In this document: in pieces, positions 42,602 through 53,198 of the stretch | Numbering within the stretch: position 1 is the stretch's first letter | How the letters are laid out: each line of letters starts with the position of its first letter | Origin: Arenicellales bacterium | GTDB lineage: Bacteria > Pseudomonadota > Gammaproteobacteria > Arenicellales > UBA868 | Assembly (NCBI GenBank): GCA_965660775.1 | Contig: CBFIBN010000001.1 | Location: 1 to 55,609 of the forward strand | Direction of reading: 5' to 3' | Length of the DNA stretch: 55,609 nt | The notes under the pieces: model-generated | The model's database searches: none | Told to the model about the DNA's origin: nothing | What the model saw: only the letters and a program-made list of their open reading frames with translations | Program-made: the position numbers and the translations under genes

Positions 42602-45339
42602 ACCTTTCCGACTCCACGGTCGACGCCACCGTTAGTTTCTCTTTAAATGGCCGCGAGGTAATTGCAGGCCCAGGCGAGAGTATTTTGCAGGTCGCGCGGC
42701 GCGAAGAGATAGAGATTCCACACCTGTGTTACGCAGATGGTCTTGCCGCCGCCGGCAACTGCCGCGCTTGTATGGTTGAGATCGAGGGTGAGCGGGTGTT
42801 GGCGCCTTCGTGCTGTCGCGCACCGGTCGAAGGAATGCGCGTTGTCAGTAACAGCGCTCGCGCTAAAAAATCCCAGTCGTTGATACTTGAGTTACTGCGT
42901 GGCGAGGTTGGCGAATCCAGTCACACCCAGGTTTCTGAACTTGATGCGTGGTGCACCAAATTCGACGTGGGTACAAGCCGTTTCGGCGGCCGAATTCAAC
43001 CCAGCGCGGATATCTCCCATCCGGCGATCGCCGTTAAGCTGGAGAGTTGCATCCAGTGTACCCGTTGCGTCAGAGCCTGCCGCGAGGAGCAAATGAACGA
43101 TGTGATCGGACTGGCCTTTCGCGGGGCTCACGCACAGATCGTCTTCGATCTGGGTGATGCTCTTGGCCAGAGTTCCTGCGTGGGTTGCGGCGAATGCGTA
43201 CAGGCCTGTCCCACCGGGGCGTTGATGCCGGCCCACGATGTGGGTCTTGAAAATATAGACAAGACGGTCGATTCGGCTTGCCCGTACTGCGGTGTCGGAT
43301 GCCTTCTGACCTATCATATAAAAGATAACCAGATTCAGTATGTGACCGGCCGTGATGGGCCCGCTAATAAAAGCCGGCTTTGTGTCAAAGGGCGTTACGG
43401 TTTTGACTACGTCAGTCATCCTGAGCGCTTGACGGTACCCTGGGTTCGAAAAGAAGGCATCCCCAAGGGTCTAAACGATCATTTCGATCCGGCAGATCCG
43501 GCCAAAATGTTTCGTCCAGCCACCTGGGAAGAGGCGTTGGACATCGCGGCCAATGGACTAAAGCATATTCGAGACGCGCATGGGCCTAACGCATTGGCCG
43601 GCTTTGGGTCGGCCAAAGGCAGCAACGAAGAAGCCTATCTGTTCCAGAAACTGGTGCGTACCGGCTTTGGCACGAACAATGTTGATCACTGTACCCGGCT
43701 TTGTCATGCCTCATCGGTGGTCGCTCTGCTTGAAGGTATAGGCTCGGGCGCGGTTTCCAATCAGGTGGAAGACGCGGCCTTGGCTGAAGTCATCGTAGTG
43801 ATCGGCGCCAATCCCACCAGTAATCATCCGGTCGCTGCCACCTTTATCAAAAACGCCTCCCGGCGCGGCGCGACACTGATCGTGATGGATCCCCGTCGTA
43901 ACGATCTCGCACGTCATGCAGATCATTTTCTGCAGTTTCGTGTGGATACTGATGTCGCATTATTGAACGCGATGATTCACACCATCATTGATGAAGACCT
44001 TGTCGATTCGGATTTCATTGCATCGCGCACCCATAACTTCGAGGCACTCAGTGAGAACGTCAAACATTTCAGTCCCGAGGAGATGGCCCCGATCTGCGGT
44101 ATCGATGCCGCTGTAATCCGCAAGACGGCACGAGCCTATGCGTGCTCGCGCAGGTCGATTATTTTCTGGGGCATGGGTATTTCTCAGCACGTGCACGGCA
44201 CCGATAACGCGCGTTGCTTGATCGCGCTTTCGTTGATGACTGGCAATATCGGCCGTCCCGGAACCGGACTGCATCCTTTGCGTGGTCAAAATAACGTACA
44301 GGGTGCTTCAGATGCCGGATTGATACCGATGATGTTTCCGGATTACCGCCGGGTCGACGATAACGATGCCAATGAATTTTTTAGCCAATACTGGAACGCA
44401 TCCCTTGACAAGATCCCAGGTCTTACGGTTGTTGAGATTATGGATGCGGCCTGTGAGGGGCGTATTAAGGGCATGTATGTCATGGGGGAAAATCCTGCGA
44501 TGTCTGATCCAGACCTTAATCATGCCCGCGCGGGTCTCGCGGCACTGGATCACTTGGTCGTGCAGGATATCTTCCTGACGGAAACGGCTGCGTACGCTGA
44601 CGTGGTCTTGCCGGCTTCAGCTTTTCCAGAAAAAACCGGTACATTCTCCAATACCGACCGTCGTGTCCAGATGGGCCGCCAGGCACTGGGACTACCCGGT
44701 GAGGCGCGCCATGATATCTGGATCATTCAGCAATTGGCTGAGCGACTTGGCCTTATCTGGGAATATGATCATGTCAGTGACGTGTTTGAAGAAATGCGCG
44801 GGGCGATGCCCAGCATTGCCGGGATGACCTGGCAGCGTTTAGAGCAAGAACACAGTATTACCTATCCGTGCGCCGGTGATCAGGATCCAGGCCAGGGCGT
44901 TGTATTTCAGGAGACGTTCCCAACCGCGGATGGCCGAGGACGCTTTGTGCCGGCTAAGCCTGAAAGCGCCGATGAGATGCCAGATGAAGAGTACCCCTTC
45001 GTATTGATCACCGGACGTCAGCTTGAGCACTGGCACACCGGGTCTATGACCCGCCGCGCCAGGGTGCTCGACGCTATTGAACCTGAGGCTGTGGTCAGTG
45101 CGCACCCCGAAGACCTTGGACGACTCGGAATTAAAGAGGGCAGGGCACTTCGGGTCGCATCACGACGCGGTGAACTGGTTGCGCTCGCACGGGCCGATAG
45201 CGGGCTTCAACGTGGCGAGATCTTCATACCATTTTGTTATCACGAAGCGGCGGCCAACTTACTGACGAATGCTGCTTTGGATCCGTTCGGCAAGATTGCC
45301 GAAGTTAAGTACTGCGCAGTGAAAGTTAACCCCGCCTGA
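42598..45339 (+). CDS. Formate dehydrogenase alpha subunit (Mo/W-bis-MGD)
   Basis: N-terminal 2Fe-2S, two CxxCxxC ferredoxin motifs, CPYCGVGC, catalytic CTRLCHAS, LRGQNNVQG and a molybdopterin dinucleotide-binding C-terminus. Confidence 0.93.
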   Translation: MNLSDSTVDATVSFSLNGREVIAGPGESILQVARREEIEIPHLCYADGLAAAGNCRACMVEIEGERVLAPSCCRAPVEGMRVVSNSARAKKSQSLILELLRGEVGESSHTQVSELDAWCTKFDVGTSRFGGRIQPSADISHPAIAVKLESCIQCTRCVRACREEQMNDVIGLAFRGAHAQIVFDLGDALGQSSCVGCGECVQACPTGALMPAHDVGLENIDKTVDSACPYCGVGCLLTYHIKDNQIQYVTGRDGPANKSRLCVKGRYGFDYVSHPERLTVPWVRKEGIPKGLNDHFDPADPAKMFRPATWEEALDIAANGLKHIRDAHGPNALAGFGSAKGSNEEAYLFQKLVRTGFGTNNVDHCTRLCHASSVVALLEGIGSGAVSNQVEDAALAEVIVVIGANPTSNHPVAATFIKNASRRGATLIVMDPRRNDLARHADHFLQFRVDTDVALLNAMIHTIIDEDLVDSDFIASRTHNFEALSENVKHFSPEEMAPICGIDAAVIRKTARAYACSRRSIIFWGMGISQHVHGTDNARCLIALSLMTGNIGRPGTGLHPLRGQNNVQGASDAGLIPMMFPDYRRVDDNDANEFFSQYWNASLDKIPGLTVVEIMDAACEGRIKGMYVMGENPAMSDPDLNHARAGLAALDHLVVQDIFLTETAAYADVVLPASAFPEKTGTFSNTDRRVQMGRQALGLPGEARHDIWIIQQLAERLGLIWEYDHVSDVFEEMRGAMPSIAGMTWQRLEQEHSITYPCAGDQDPGQGVVFQETFPTADGRGRFVPAKPESADEMPDEEYPFVLITGRQLEHWHTGSMTRRARVLDAIEPEAVVSAHPEDLGRLGIKEGRALRVASRRGELVALARADSGLQRGEIFIPFCYHEAAANLLTNAALDPFGKIAEVKYCAVKVNPA

Positions 45340-45355
45340 AGCATAAGGAGAAACC

Positions 45356-46237
45356 ATGGCGACACGGATGGATGGCAAGGCATTTGCCGCTGGCTTGCGG
45401 GAAAAAGTATCCGAGGCAGTAAGCACGCTCACCAGAGAATATGATTTGGTGCCGGGTCTGGCAGTCGTGCTGGTAGGGGAAGACCCGGCGAGTGAGGTCT
45501 ATGTTCGCAATAAGGGCAAGCAGACACTGGAAGTCGGCATGAACTCTTACGAGCATAAGCTGCCCGACACCACCGGCCAGTCAGAATTACTGGCATTGAT
45601 CGAACAGTTAAATAACGACTCCAAGGTTCACGGCATACTGGTGCAACTGCCGCTACCGGATCAGATCGATTCGCAGGCCGTCATCAACGCCATCGATCCA
45701 AACAAGGACGTCGATGGTTTTCATCTGGTTAATGTGGGGCGACTGGCAACGGGTGCGCCCGGCCTGGTGCCCTGTACGCCGTTAGGGTGCATGATGTTGC
45801 TCAAGGATCAATTGGGTGATTTATCCGGTAAAAATGCGGTCGTGGTAGGGCGCTCAAACATCGTGGGCAAGCCGATGGGATCGTTGTTGCTGGCACAAAG
45901 CTGCACGGTGACGATTGCACATTCGCGAACGCAGGACTTAGCTGGGGTTTGTCGTGAAGCTGATATTCTGGTGGCGGCCGTGGGCCGCCCGCAGATGATA
46001 CCGGGTGACTGGATTAAGCCTGGCGCAGTGGTGATCGATGTCGGCATCAATCGGATTGAAGGGGAAGAAGGTAAGACCCGCCTTGTCGGTGATGTAGATT
46101 TTGATTCGGCCTCAGCGGTCGCAGGAGCCATTACGCCGGTACCGGGCGGAGTAGGGCCTATGACGATCGCCTGTCTTTTGCGTAATACAGTGCAGGCGGC
46201 TTGTGCTGCCAATGAGATCCATTTTAGTCTCGACTAA
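45356..46237 (+). CDS. folD: Methylene-THF dehydrogenase/methenyl-THF cyclohydrolase
   Basis: [31 protein letters not shown] and [10 protein letters not shown]; AAGGAG RBS. Confidence 0.97.
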   Translation: MATRMDGKAFAAGLREKVSEAVSTLTREYDLVPGLAVVLVGEDPASEVYVRNKGKQTLEVGMNSYEHKLPDTTGQSELLALIEQLNNDSKVHGILVQLPLPDQIDSQAVINAIDPNKDVDGFHLVNVGRLATGAPGLVPCTPLGCMMLLKDQLGDLSGKNAVVVGRSNIVGKPMGSLLLAQSCTVTIAHSRTQDLAGVCREADILVAAVGRPQMIPGDWIKPGAVVIDVGINRIEGEEGKTRLVGDVDFDSASAVAGAITPVPGGVGPMTIACLLRNTVQAACAANEIHFSLD

Positions 46238-46264
46238 CGCTGGGCTGTTGACCCATGGCAAACG

Positions 46265-46300
46265 AAAAAACACAATGGCGATCGGCCTTTGGCCGGTGCC
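46265..46300 (-). terminator. Probable intrinsic terminator after dnaE2
   Basis: On the minus strand a GC-rich hairpin (CGGCC-AAA-GGCCG core) is followed by a T-rich tail. Confidence 0.45.
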
Positions 46301-49300
46301 TAGCGAAAATCCCGACTTTGCGTGGTAAGGCTTCCCAGCAGGGCCGTGTAATCGCTCAGCCTGCCGGCCATGACATGGATCACATCGCCGTGGCGTTGAA
46401 TTTGTCCGTGAACGCCCAGTAGTCGCGCCCCGACCAGCACCTGATGCTGGTTTTCAGCCAGGCGCTGCCATATCACCAGATTAGTGTTGCCGGTCTCATC
46501 TTCAAGCGTTACAAAGGTGACATGGTTAGCGCTGGCTGGTCGTTGTCGGGTGGTGACGATTCCTGCCGTGTGCACATAGTGACCATCTTCTTTTTGTGCA
46601 ATATCATCACTGGTAATGACGCCAAGCGCCCGTAGTTGGTTACGCAGCAGAGCTAATGGGTGTGGGCCCAGGGTTAGGCCGGTGCTGGCGTAATCAGCAC
46701 AGGCTTCTTCACCCGCATGCGGTGTATTCAGCAATGGCGTGGCTTCACGGATATGAGGTTTGGGAAATACCGGGGAGGGTTTCTCAATACCGCTAACCAG
46801 CCATCCAGCTTGACGGCGGTGATGTTGCACCAGAGTTGATAAGGCATTGGCGCTAGCCAGCGCGCGCAGGTCACCCCGCTCCAGTAAGGCGCGATGGGCA
46901 AGATCATCGACGCTGGCAAAGACTCGATGCTGTCGCGCATCGAGTAATCGCTTGGCGCCGGTATAGCTAAGATGCTTAACCATTCTTAACCCCAGGCGCA
47001 ATACAAAATCTGCCCCCTCTGATTCCAATGTGCAATCCCAGGCGCTCTTCATAACGTCAATAGGACGTACGGCAACGCCATGCCGGCGTACGTCCTGCAC
47101 TAATTGTGAAGGCGTATAGAAGCCCATGGGCTGACTGTTCAGCAAAGCGCAGGTAAATACAGCTGGTTGGTGACACTTAAGCCAGGCCGAGACATATACC
47201 AACAATGCAAAACTGGCCGCATGCGACTCGGGAAAACCGTATTCACCAAAGCCCAGGATTTGCTGGTAGATGCGCCGTGCAAAAGCCTCACTGTAACCAC
47301 GTTCACGCATGCCATCAATTAATCGGGTTTCATAATGCCCAAGCCCGCCATGGCGTTTCCAGGCCGCCATCGCACGTCGCAGACCATCTGCCTCTCCCGG
47401 GGTAAAGCCTGCAGCGACCATCGCCAGTTTGATGACCTGTTCCTGGAAGATAGGCACTCCCAGTGTGCGCTCGAGTACCTCACGGACCGCTTCGCTGGGG
47501 TAAGTGACCTCCTCTTCACCGTTACGTCGCCGCAGGTAGGGATGCACCATGTCGCCTTGGATAGGGCCCGGCCGGACGATGGCAACCTCGATGACCAGAT
47601 CATAAAAACAGCGTGGCCGTAGGCGTGGCAGCATGGCCATTTGTGCGCGAGATTCGATCTGAAAAACACCTACGGTGTCGGCATGGCTGATCATCCGGTA
47701 TACCGCGGGGTCTTCCTGGGGTAGCGTAGCCATAGACAGTGTTTTGCCGAGATGCTGCTGGAGCAGGTCGAATGCTTTATGAATTGCACTCAGCATGCCC
47801 AGCGCCAGGCAGTCCACTTTGAGTAGACCCAGTGCATCGATATCGTCTTTATCCCACTGGATTACCGTTCGCTCTGCCATGGCTGCGTTTTCGATAGGCA
47901 CCAGGTCACACAATGGCTCATGAGAAATAACAAAGCCTCCAGAGTGCTGTGATAGGTGGCGCGGGAAGCCAACCAGTTCCTGTACCAATGCCAGCAGCTT
48001 TCGCAGGACTGGACCCTTAGGATCCAGACCGATCTCACGCACACGCTGGGGTACAACCTTCCCGTTTTGCCACCAGGCAAGATTGCCGGCCAGACGGTCA
48101 AGTTGGTCTTTGGATAGATTCAGGGCGCGCCCGATATCCCGCACTGCACTGCGCGGGCGATAGGTGATGACTGCGCCGGTTAAAGCGGCCCGGTCGCGAC
48201 CGTAGCGCCGGTAAACGTACTGCATCACCTCTTCACGGCGTTCATGTTCAAAATCGACATCAATGTCCGGCGGTTCATTACGCTCACGAGAGATAAACCG
48301 TTCGAACAGAATCTCCATATGAGCCGGGTCCACCTCGGTAATGCCAAGCGCAAAGCACACGGCTGAGTTAGCTGCCGAGCCCCGGCCCTGACAGAGGATG
48401 CCCTGTGAGCGGGCAAAGCGAACGATGTCGTAGACGGTTAGAAAGTAACTTTCGTAATCGAGATCCTTAATCAAAGTCAGTTCGTGTTCAATCTGTTGAA
48501 CCACTTTGAGCGATGGACCGTCAGGCCAACGTGTTGTCATGCCCGCTTTGGTTAACCGGCGCAGGTACTGTGTTGGCGTGAGGTCGGCAGGTATGAACTT
48601 GCGTGGATAGGTGTAGTTCAGCTCATTCAACGAAAAATCACAGCGGTGGGCGATTTTTACGCTCTCATCGAGCAAAGTGCGCGGGTAGATGCGCTCGAGA
48701 ACGGCTGGGGTTCGTAGATGGCGCTCGGCGTTGGGCGCAAGGCGATGTTTTATTTCAGTCACCGATTGTCTGCATCGTACTGCGGTTAAAGTATCCTGTA
48801 GCGCCTGGCGTGAGCGTACGTGCATGTGTGCGTTGCCAGTGGCAACCAGGGGCACGCCTGTTTTCTGTGACAAAAAATTAAGCGCTTTTTGGTGAGCCTG
48901 ATCGCCTCCGTTACTGGATTGCTCGAGTGTCAGCCAGGCTCGTCCCGGCATTAATGATTGGATATGTCTGGCGTGATAAGACAAGGCCCGGTAGCGCTCC
49001 GTAAGAGTGCTGGCTGGCGCTGGGGTCGGGTCACATGGCAGCAGGGCGAGGCAGTGCTGCAGGCGCTTTGTGCAAAGGTCATCAATGTTCAGGGAGTACG
49101 AGCCCTTGCTGGCACGCTGGCGCGCCAGGGTAATTAGCCGGGTCAGATGGCGGTAACCTTCTCTGTTGGTTACTAACAGAACCAGATTATTGCCGTTTTC
49201 CAGCGCGAATTCGCTGCCGATGATAAGCTGTAAGCCCAGCTCCTGTGCAGCAACATGAGCCCGCACTGTGCCGGCGATACTGCACTCGTCAGTCAGTGCC

Positions 49301-49410
49301 AGAGCCTGATAACCAAGCTCAGAAGCCCGGCGGACCAGTTCAGCAGGGTGTGAGGCGCCACGCAGAAAGCTGAAATTTGACAGGCAGTGCAGTTCGGCAT
49401 AGCCGGACAC
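46300..49410 (-). CDS. dnaE2: Error-prone DNA polymerase DnaE2 (ImuC)
   Basis: YAELHCLSNFSFLRGAS, GRGSAANS, PPDIDVDFEH, FQIESRAQ, YGFPESHA and the C-terminal SRDFR typical of DnaE2. Confidence 0.95.
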   Translation of the reverse strand: MSGYAELHCLSNFSFLRGASHPAELVRRASELGYQALALTDECSIAGTVRAHVAAQELGLQLIIGSEFALENGNNLVLLVTNREGYRHLTRLITLARQRASKGSYSLNIDDLCTKRLQHCLALLPCDPTPAPASTLTERYRALSYHARHIQSLMPGRAWLTLEQSSNGGDQAHQKALNFLSQKTGVPLVATGNAHMHVRSRQALQDTLTAVRCRQSVTEIKHRLAPNAERHLRTPAVLERIYPRTLLDESVKIAHRCDFSLNELNYTYPRKFIPADLTPTQYLRRLTKAGMTTRWPDGPSLKVVQQIEHELTLIKDLDYESYFLTVYDIVRFARSQGILCQGRGSAANSAVCFALGITEVDPAHMEILFERFISRERNEPPDIDVDFEHERREEVMQYVYRRYGRDRAALTGAVITYRPRSAVRDIGRALNLSKDQLDRLAGNLAWWQNGKVVPQRVREIGLDPKGPVLRKLLALVQELVGFPRHLSQHSGGFVISHEPLCDLVPIENAAMAERTVIQWDKDDIDALGLLKVDCLALGMLSAIHKAFDLLQQHLGKTLSMATLPQEDPAVYRMISHADTVGVFQIESRAQMAMLPRLRPRCFYDLVIEVAIVRPGPIQGDMVHPYLRRRNGEEEVTYPSEAVREVLERTLGVPIFQEQVIKLAMVAAGFTPGEADGLRRAMAAWKRHGGLGHYETRLIDGMRERGYSEAFARRIYQQILGFGEYGFPESHAASFALLVYVSAWLKCHQPAVFTCALLNSQPMGFYTPSQLVQDVRRHGVAVRPIDVMKSAWDCTLESEGADFVLRLGLRMVKHLSYTGAKRLLDARQHRVFASVDDLAHRALLERGDLRALASANALSTLVQHHRRQAGWLVSGIEKPSPVFPKPHIREATPLLNTPHAGEEACADYASTGLTLGPHPLALLRNQLRALGVITSDDIAQKEDGHYVHTAGIVTTRQRPASANHVTFVTLEDETGNTNLVIWQRLAENQHQVLVGARLLGVHGQIQRHGDVIHVMAGRLSDYTALLGSLTTQSRDFR

Positions 49411-49420
49411 AATGTTTTCT

Positions 49421-49462
49421 CTATATACTGTATATTTATACAGTATATAGGAATTCTATCAA
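49421..49462 (-). promoter_or_regulatory. LexA (SOS) box overlapping the dnaE2 promoter
   Basis: CTGTATATTTATACAG at 49428-49443 inside a perfect 14-bp inverted repeat. The minus strand reads TTGATA(49462-49457)-N16-TATAAA(49440-49435). Confidence 0.9.
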
Positions 49463-49493
49463 TGACGCTAAGCCACACCAGCGTCATGGGTGA

Positions 49494-50675
49494 TCAGCGT
49501 CGGGCGGTCGCGATAAAACCCACTGCAAGTAAAGATAAACCTCCGGCCAGCCCAAAGCTGGCTACAAGACTGAAATCCCCAACCAGGCCTGCGAGCACGG
49601 CACCCAGGGCGCCCACGCCGTCGAGCACCACAAAGACGAAGCCCAATGCAGTGGCCTCATGTTTGCTGGCGTGATCAACGGCCATTGCCAGGACGCCTGA
49701 TCGAATGGCTACCAGTGCAGCCATTGCCATCGTCAGCAGGCTGACTATCAGCATGGGGGTATCAAACAGGATTACAGTGCCAGCCAACCCTGCAGCCACC
49801 ACCGAACCGACAGCAAAGATTCCAAAGCGCCCTCGCCGGTCCGACAGCCGCCCGACAATGGGCTGGCCGATAGAACCCACCAGCATGGCGGCCGCGAAGG
49901 CCATGCCCGTTTGCGCTGAGTTGAACCCTAACTCGCGTTGCATAAAGAGTGGTGACATGGTCATCAAGGCAATAAGAGCCATATTGTAGGTGGCGATTCC
50001 GGCGATTAGAAACAAGCCGGTTCGACTGCGCCACTGAGTCATGAAAGCGCCAAGATCAGCTCGTGATATGACGTTACTGGCATGTCGACTCGGAATCCGG
50101 CGCGCAATAAACAAAAAGGCAATTCCCATTAAGGCGGCGGGTATCACTGAAATCTGAAGCACCACGCGCCAATCCAGGAAAGCCAGCAGAAAACCGACCA
50201 GCAGGGGCGAGAGCACTTCGGCCAGCGTTCCTCCAACGGCATGCACGCCTAATGCCTGACCGCGTTGTTTGGGCATCTGTCTTACCAGTATTCCGGTGGC
50301 AATCGGATGCCAGGCGGCATCGCCCATCCCACCGATGGCGAGCAGGATCGCCAGCGACCAGAAGCTCGGGGCCGTTGACGCCAGTAGATAGCCTAGCGCT
50401 ACCCACCAGAATGTAGCGAGCAGTAGCCGGCCCTGCAAACGTGTTCGGTCTGCCAGCACACCGGCCGGAAAATAGGCAAGCGAAGCACCAATCGAATGAA
50501 TGGCAAGCAGCAGTCCGACCTCGGAGGGTTTCAGGTCAAAGGCCAGACCGATGGCAGGCGCCAGCAGCCAGATTGCTGCAGGTAACCAGTCGTTAGACAG
50601 GTGGCCAAACACGAAGATGCCTTGCAGTGCTGCCAGGCTCAGGGGTTTTTCGGTTTTATGTTTTTGTGTTGCCAA
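49494..50675 (-). CDS. MFS transporter
   Basis: About 12 hydrophobic helices; GxLADR and GRLSDRRGR motif-A-like sequences. Confidence 0.88.
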   Translation of the reverse strand: MATQKHKTEKPLSLAALQGIFVFGHLSNDWLPAAIWLLAPAIGLAFDLKPSEVGLLLAIHSIGASLAYFPAGVLADRTRLQGRLLLATFWWVALGYLLASTAPSFWSLAILLAIGGMGDAAWHPIATGILVRQMPKQRGQALGVHAVGGTLAEVLSPLLVGFLLAFLDWRVVLQISVIPAALMGIAFLFIARRIPSRHASNVISRADLGAFMTQWRSRTGLFLIAGIATYNMALIALMTMSPLFMQRELGFNSAQTGMAFAAAMLVGSIGQPIVGRLSDRRGRFGIFAVGSVVAAGLAGTVILFDTPMLIVSLLTMAMAALVAIRSGVLAMAVDHASKHEATALGFVFVVLDGVGALGAVLAGLVGDFSLVASFGLAGGLSLLAVGFIATARR

Positions 50676-50745
50676 TGGGCTTTAGGTGAAAGGTTGTGTC
50701 AGAATCGCATTTACGCACGAACCAGGAGAGGTGTCAGATTCCGTC

Positions 50746-51906
50746 ATGGATGCACCTGTACGCCAGAAAGTTGATCTACCCATTTACCCCTCGCCCGAGG
50801 CGGTTGTGGCAGATCTTGATCCGAGCTACCCAATATTTTGTGTGCGCCCGCATAAGATTCATTCTGTTGCCCGGCGTTTTGTCGAGGGCTTTCCCGGGGA
50901 CGTCTTATACGCGGTGAAGTGTAACCCTGAACCGCATATGCTGGACGCGCTTTTTGCAGCCGGCGTGCACCATTTTGATACCGCCTCTTTGGCTGAAGTC
51001 GCTCGGGTATCGGAGCAGCTGCCCAGTGCTACCAGCTACTTCATGCATCCGGTCAAGAGTCGGGCAGCTATTCTTTCGGCCCACAGGGTATATGGCGTAG
51101 ACCATTTTGTAGTTGATCACCCGGCAGAGCTTGAAAAGATTGCCCAGATTGTCCCGCCAGGACCTGACACCGTCATCGTGGTGCGCCTTGAGATTCATTA
51201 CGAGGGCGCAGTATATGAGCTGTCCAGCAAGTTTGGCGCGCCAGTACCCGAGGCGGCCGCGCTGGCGCGTGACGCCTTGGCTCGTGGCTACCGGTATGGT
51301 TTGTCGTTTCATGTCGGCTCGCAGTGTCTAGAAGCTGAGGGTTTTGAAATGGGCTTGAACCTTGTCGGCCAGGTGATGGCGCAGGTTGGCCAGGGGCCAG
51401 TTTGTGTGGATGTGGGTGGTGGATTCCCAGGTCATTATCTCAACTCTCAAGGCGCGGAATTAGACAATTATTTTGTTGCGATTCGCCAGGGTTTAGCTAC
51501 GCTGGCGTTGCCTGAAGAGTGCCGGGTTTTGTGTGAGCCCGGGCGCGGGCTTTGTGTTGACGGGGAATCTCTTATTACCCAGATTCACCTACGCAAGGAT
51601 GATGCGCTGTATCTCAATGACGGCATGTACGGAAGCTTTATCGAGGAGAAGCTCGGCCTTCAGTTGCCCGCGCGAATGGTTGGTTCGAGAGCATTCGCTT
51701 CCCAGACGAAAGAGTACACGCTGTACGGACCGACATGTGATTCGCTGGATATTTTTCCTCGCCCGATCAGTTTGCCGATCGATGTTGCTGAGGGGGATTG
51801 GATCGAGTTCGATCGTATTGGCGCTTATGGCACTGCCTGTCGAACACACTTCAACGGTTTTTACGCTGACACCTTTGTTAAGGTTGAGAGCGACTTCGGC
51901 AGCTAA
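50746..51906 (+). CDS. Type III PLP-dependent ornithine/lysine decarboxylase
   Basis: YAVKCN (PLP lysine), FDTAS, SFHVGSQ, DVGGGFP, EPGR, GPTCDS and GAY. Start position uncertain. Confidence 0.9.
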   Translation: MDAPVRQKVDLPIYPSPEAVVADLDPSYPIFCVRPHKIHSVARRFVEGFPGDVLYAVKCNPEPHMLDALFAAGVHHFDTASLAEVARVSEQLPSATSYFMHPVKSRAAILSAHRVYGVDHFVVDHPAELEKIAQIVPPGPDTVIVVRLEIHYEGAVYELSSKFGAPVPEAAALARDALARGYRYGLSFHVGSQCLEAEGFEMGLNLVGQVMAQVGQGPVCVDVGGGFPGHYLNSQGAELDNYFVAIRQGLATLALPEECRVLCEPGRGLCVDGESLITQIHLRKDDALYLNDGMYGSFIEEKLGLQLPARMVGSRAFASQTKEYTLYGPTCDSLDIFPRPISLPIDVAEGDWIEFDRIGAYGTACRTHFNGFYADTFVKVESDFGS

Positions 51907-52187
51907 ACCGGGGATATTCGAAGTGCCACAGTTTATTCAGGGTTTGGGTTTCGGATTTGATGTGGAATGATCCAGTGTCTGGAGTGTGGTTGCGCGCATC
52001 TTCCAGGCTATCTCGGATTTTGTGTAGAAGTGGGTAGCCGCTTTTGTCGAATCTAGGGATTACTCCGGTTTGATTATTGGGAGCAACACCGTTTTCAGCT
52101 AAAAGCGATAATAAGGTAAAGCTACGATAGCTGAACCGTCAAAGCGTTAGGTAAAGATTTCAGTAGTTATTAATTGGAGCTAGAAAT

Positions 52188-53165
52188 ATGAGTCATGCGA
52201 TTAAGATTTACCAGACCGGTGGCCCAGATGAGATGCGCTGGGAGCCAGCGGAGGTTGGTGACCCAGGCCCGGGGGAGATTCGACTGCGCCACAGTGCCGT
52301 TGGGCTGAATTTTATCGATGTTTATTTCCGTACCGGCGCTTATCCATCACCCCAGTTACCGTTTACCCCCGGCCTTGAAGGGGCGGGCACAGTAGAGGCG
52401 ATTGGTGAAGGGGTACAGGGTTTTGCCGAAGGGGATCGAGTGGCCTATGCAGCGCATCCCTTGGGCGCCTATGCTGAGGTGCGACTGATACCCGCAGAAA
52501 AATTGGTGCATTTGCCTCCGGATATTCAAGAGTCTACCGCCGCCGCGATGATGCTGAAGGGTATGACAGTGCAATATCTACTGAGAAGTACGGTACCGCT
52601 TAAACCCAAAGATACTATCCTCTTTCAGGCTGCTGCTGGAGGGGTTGGCCTGATTGCCTGCCAGTGGGCACGACACCTGGGTGTCACCATCATCGGTACG
52701 GTTGGGTCAGACGAGAAAGCGGAATTGGCCACCGCTCACGGCTGTACCCATACTATCGTTTATACCCGCGAGAATTTTGTAGATCGAGTGCGGGAACTGA
52801 CCGATGGCGTCGGCGTGGACGTGGTATACGACTCAGTGGGTCAGCATACCTTTAAAGGCAGTCTGGATTGTCTTAAGCGGCGCGGGACTCTGGCACTCTT
52901 TGGCCAAAGTTCGGGCAAAGTACCCTCTTTTGATCCCTCTGTGCTCGCTGCAAAAGGCTCCCTTTATCTGACCCGACCGGGTTTGTTCGACTACACCGCA
53001 GATCGGTCTAGCCTGGAGCACTGCGCGGGCGAGTTATTTCAGGTGATGCAAAGTGGTGCAGTGCAGGCTGATATTAATCAGGAATACGCTCTGTCAGATG
53101 CGTCGTTGGCTCACGCAGATCTGGAGGGGCGGCGCACTACCGGCGCCAGCGTTTTACTGCCCTGA
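52188..53165 (+). CDS. qor: NADPH:quinone oxidoreductase (zeta-crystallin/Qor)
   Basis: GLNFIDVYFRTG, AAAGGVG, VYDSVG, KGSLYLTRP and TTGASVL. Confidence 0.92.
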   Translation: MSHAIKIYQTGGPDEMRWEPAEVGDPGPGEIRLRHSAVGLNFIDVYFRTGAYPSPQLPFTPGLEGAGTVEAIGEGVQGFAEGDRVAYAAHPLGAYAEVRLIPAEKLVHLPPDIQESTAAAMMLKGMTVQYLLRSTVPLKPKDTILFQAAAGGVGLIACQWARHLGVTIIGTVGSDEKAELATAHGCTHTIVYTRENFVDRVRELTDGVGVDVVYDSVGQHTFKGSLDCLKRRGTLALFGQSSGKVPSFDPSVLAAKGSLYLTRPGLFDYTADRSSLEHCAGELFQVMQSGAVQADINQEYALSDASLAHADLEGRRTTGASVLLP

Positions 53166-53198
53166 GGTAAACGGTATTTTGAAGGCACGCAGGCACCG

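Noticed and set aside
43681-43715. Possible selenocysteine in the formate dehydrogenase active site
   Set aside because: The ligand codon is TGT (Cys) in CTRLCHAS and the ORF has no in-frame TGA.
51884-52135. Stop-free minus-strand frame in the gap between the decarboxylase gene and qor
   Set aside because: No ATG/GTG/TTG start or RBS in that frame and no recognisable similarity.
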